From Methanosuratincolales archaeon (GTDB lineage Archaea; Thermoproteota; Methanomethylicia; Methanomethylicales; Methanomethylicaceae): DNA of 54,096 nucleotides. The notes below the pieces were generated by a model that did not search any database, was not told the DNA's origin, and worked only from the letters and a program-made list of their open reading frames with translations. The stretch covers positions 459 to 54,554 of the forward strand of contig JACIVQ010000003.1 in NCBI GenBank assembly GCA_014361445.1. The letters are read 5' to 3'. The translations under genes were made by a program, and so were the position numbers. Shown here one piece after another: positions 53,773 to 54,096 of this stretch. Position 1 is the first letter of the stretch, and every line of letters starts with the position of its first letter.

Positions 53773-54096
53773 TCATAGAATGTAAGAGAAGCCAATTGTG
53801 GTAACTGTTACTATAAAGATTGAGATTATCACGCCAATTAGAATAGCAAAAGTTGACTTTTTTAGTTCTATGCCAAACAGATATGCCAAAACGCTTCCAG
53901 TCCAAGCACCAGTCCCAGGTATTGGCAATGCTACAAAAATGGTTAAGCCGATGAAACCGTACTTTTTAATTGTTGGACCGCCTCTTTTTCTAAGGTTATC
54001 TATGTAACGTACAAAGAGTCGCTTAAGATAACTATGGTCATCTCTCGTGTTTATCCACCGCTCTATACTCTGCATAGTCAATAGTAAAAATGGAAC
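53773..54096 (-). CDS. Small multidrug-export-like membrane protein (COG2426/PF06695-like), probably 5'-truncated by the window edge
   Basis: LTIFVALPIPGTGAWTGSVLAYLFG motif. The reading frame stays open upstream of the TTG at 54081 through base 54096. Confidence 0.55.
   Translation of the reverse strand, partial: VPFLLLTMQSIERWINTRDDHSYLKRLFVRYIDNLRKRGGPTIKKYGFIGLTIFVALPIPGTGAWTGSVLAYLFGIELKKSTFAILIGVIISIFIVTVTTIGFSYIL

Noticed and set aside
1-54096. CRISPR arrays, rRNA genes, IS elements or transposases, and integrases
   Set aside because: I scanned the spacers and the ORF-track proteins. I found no regularly spaced direct repeats, no rRNA-like conserved blocks, no DDE/HUH transposase motifs, and no tyrosine or serine recombinase motifs.

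Overview
Archaeal chromosomal window. The gene content is TACK/Thermoproteota-like: AglB, CarS, the pantoate kinase/phosphopantothenate synthetase CoA route, the AcnX+UbiD modified mevalonate route, a short-form XPF, and UPF0147/UPF0148. Hand-counted sample lines of core genes are about 50-60 percent GC.

Positions ~9.9-45.9 kb are dense housekeeping: aglB, ileS, an NAD-kinase-like gene, gcvH, topA, argG-argH, a radical SAM/SPASM gene, a CoA operon, carS, radB, an RNase-H-fold nuclease, xpd, mevalonate genes, an HD hydrolase, tmk, xpf, a complete pyrB-pyrI-pyrC-pyrD/K-pyrE-pyrF cluster, suhB and tRNA-Leu(CAG).

The left ~9.7 kb is accessory. A low-GC DUF262 gene and a low-GC single-chain type IIG restriction-modification gene bracket a compact, co-directional, translationally coupled cassette at 2296-6749, plus a divergent wHTH regulator at 1196-2230. 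The cassette consists of mostly unrecognisable small proteins, a DUF3987-like gene that looks broken, and a P-loop ATPase-HTH fusion. I read this as an integrated virus/plasmid/satellite-like remnant or an undescribed system inside a defence island. It is the best candidate for novelty in the window.

The ~8 kb right of the tRNA is lower GC. It carries an RPH-like three-domain PEP-utilizing phosphotransferase with an unknown partner, then Nudix, M50, M20 and RGP/GT75-like genes.

I saw no CRISPR array, rRNA, integrase or transposase. All family calls come from motif recognition by eye, not from searches.
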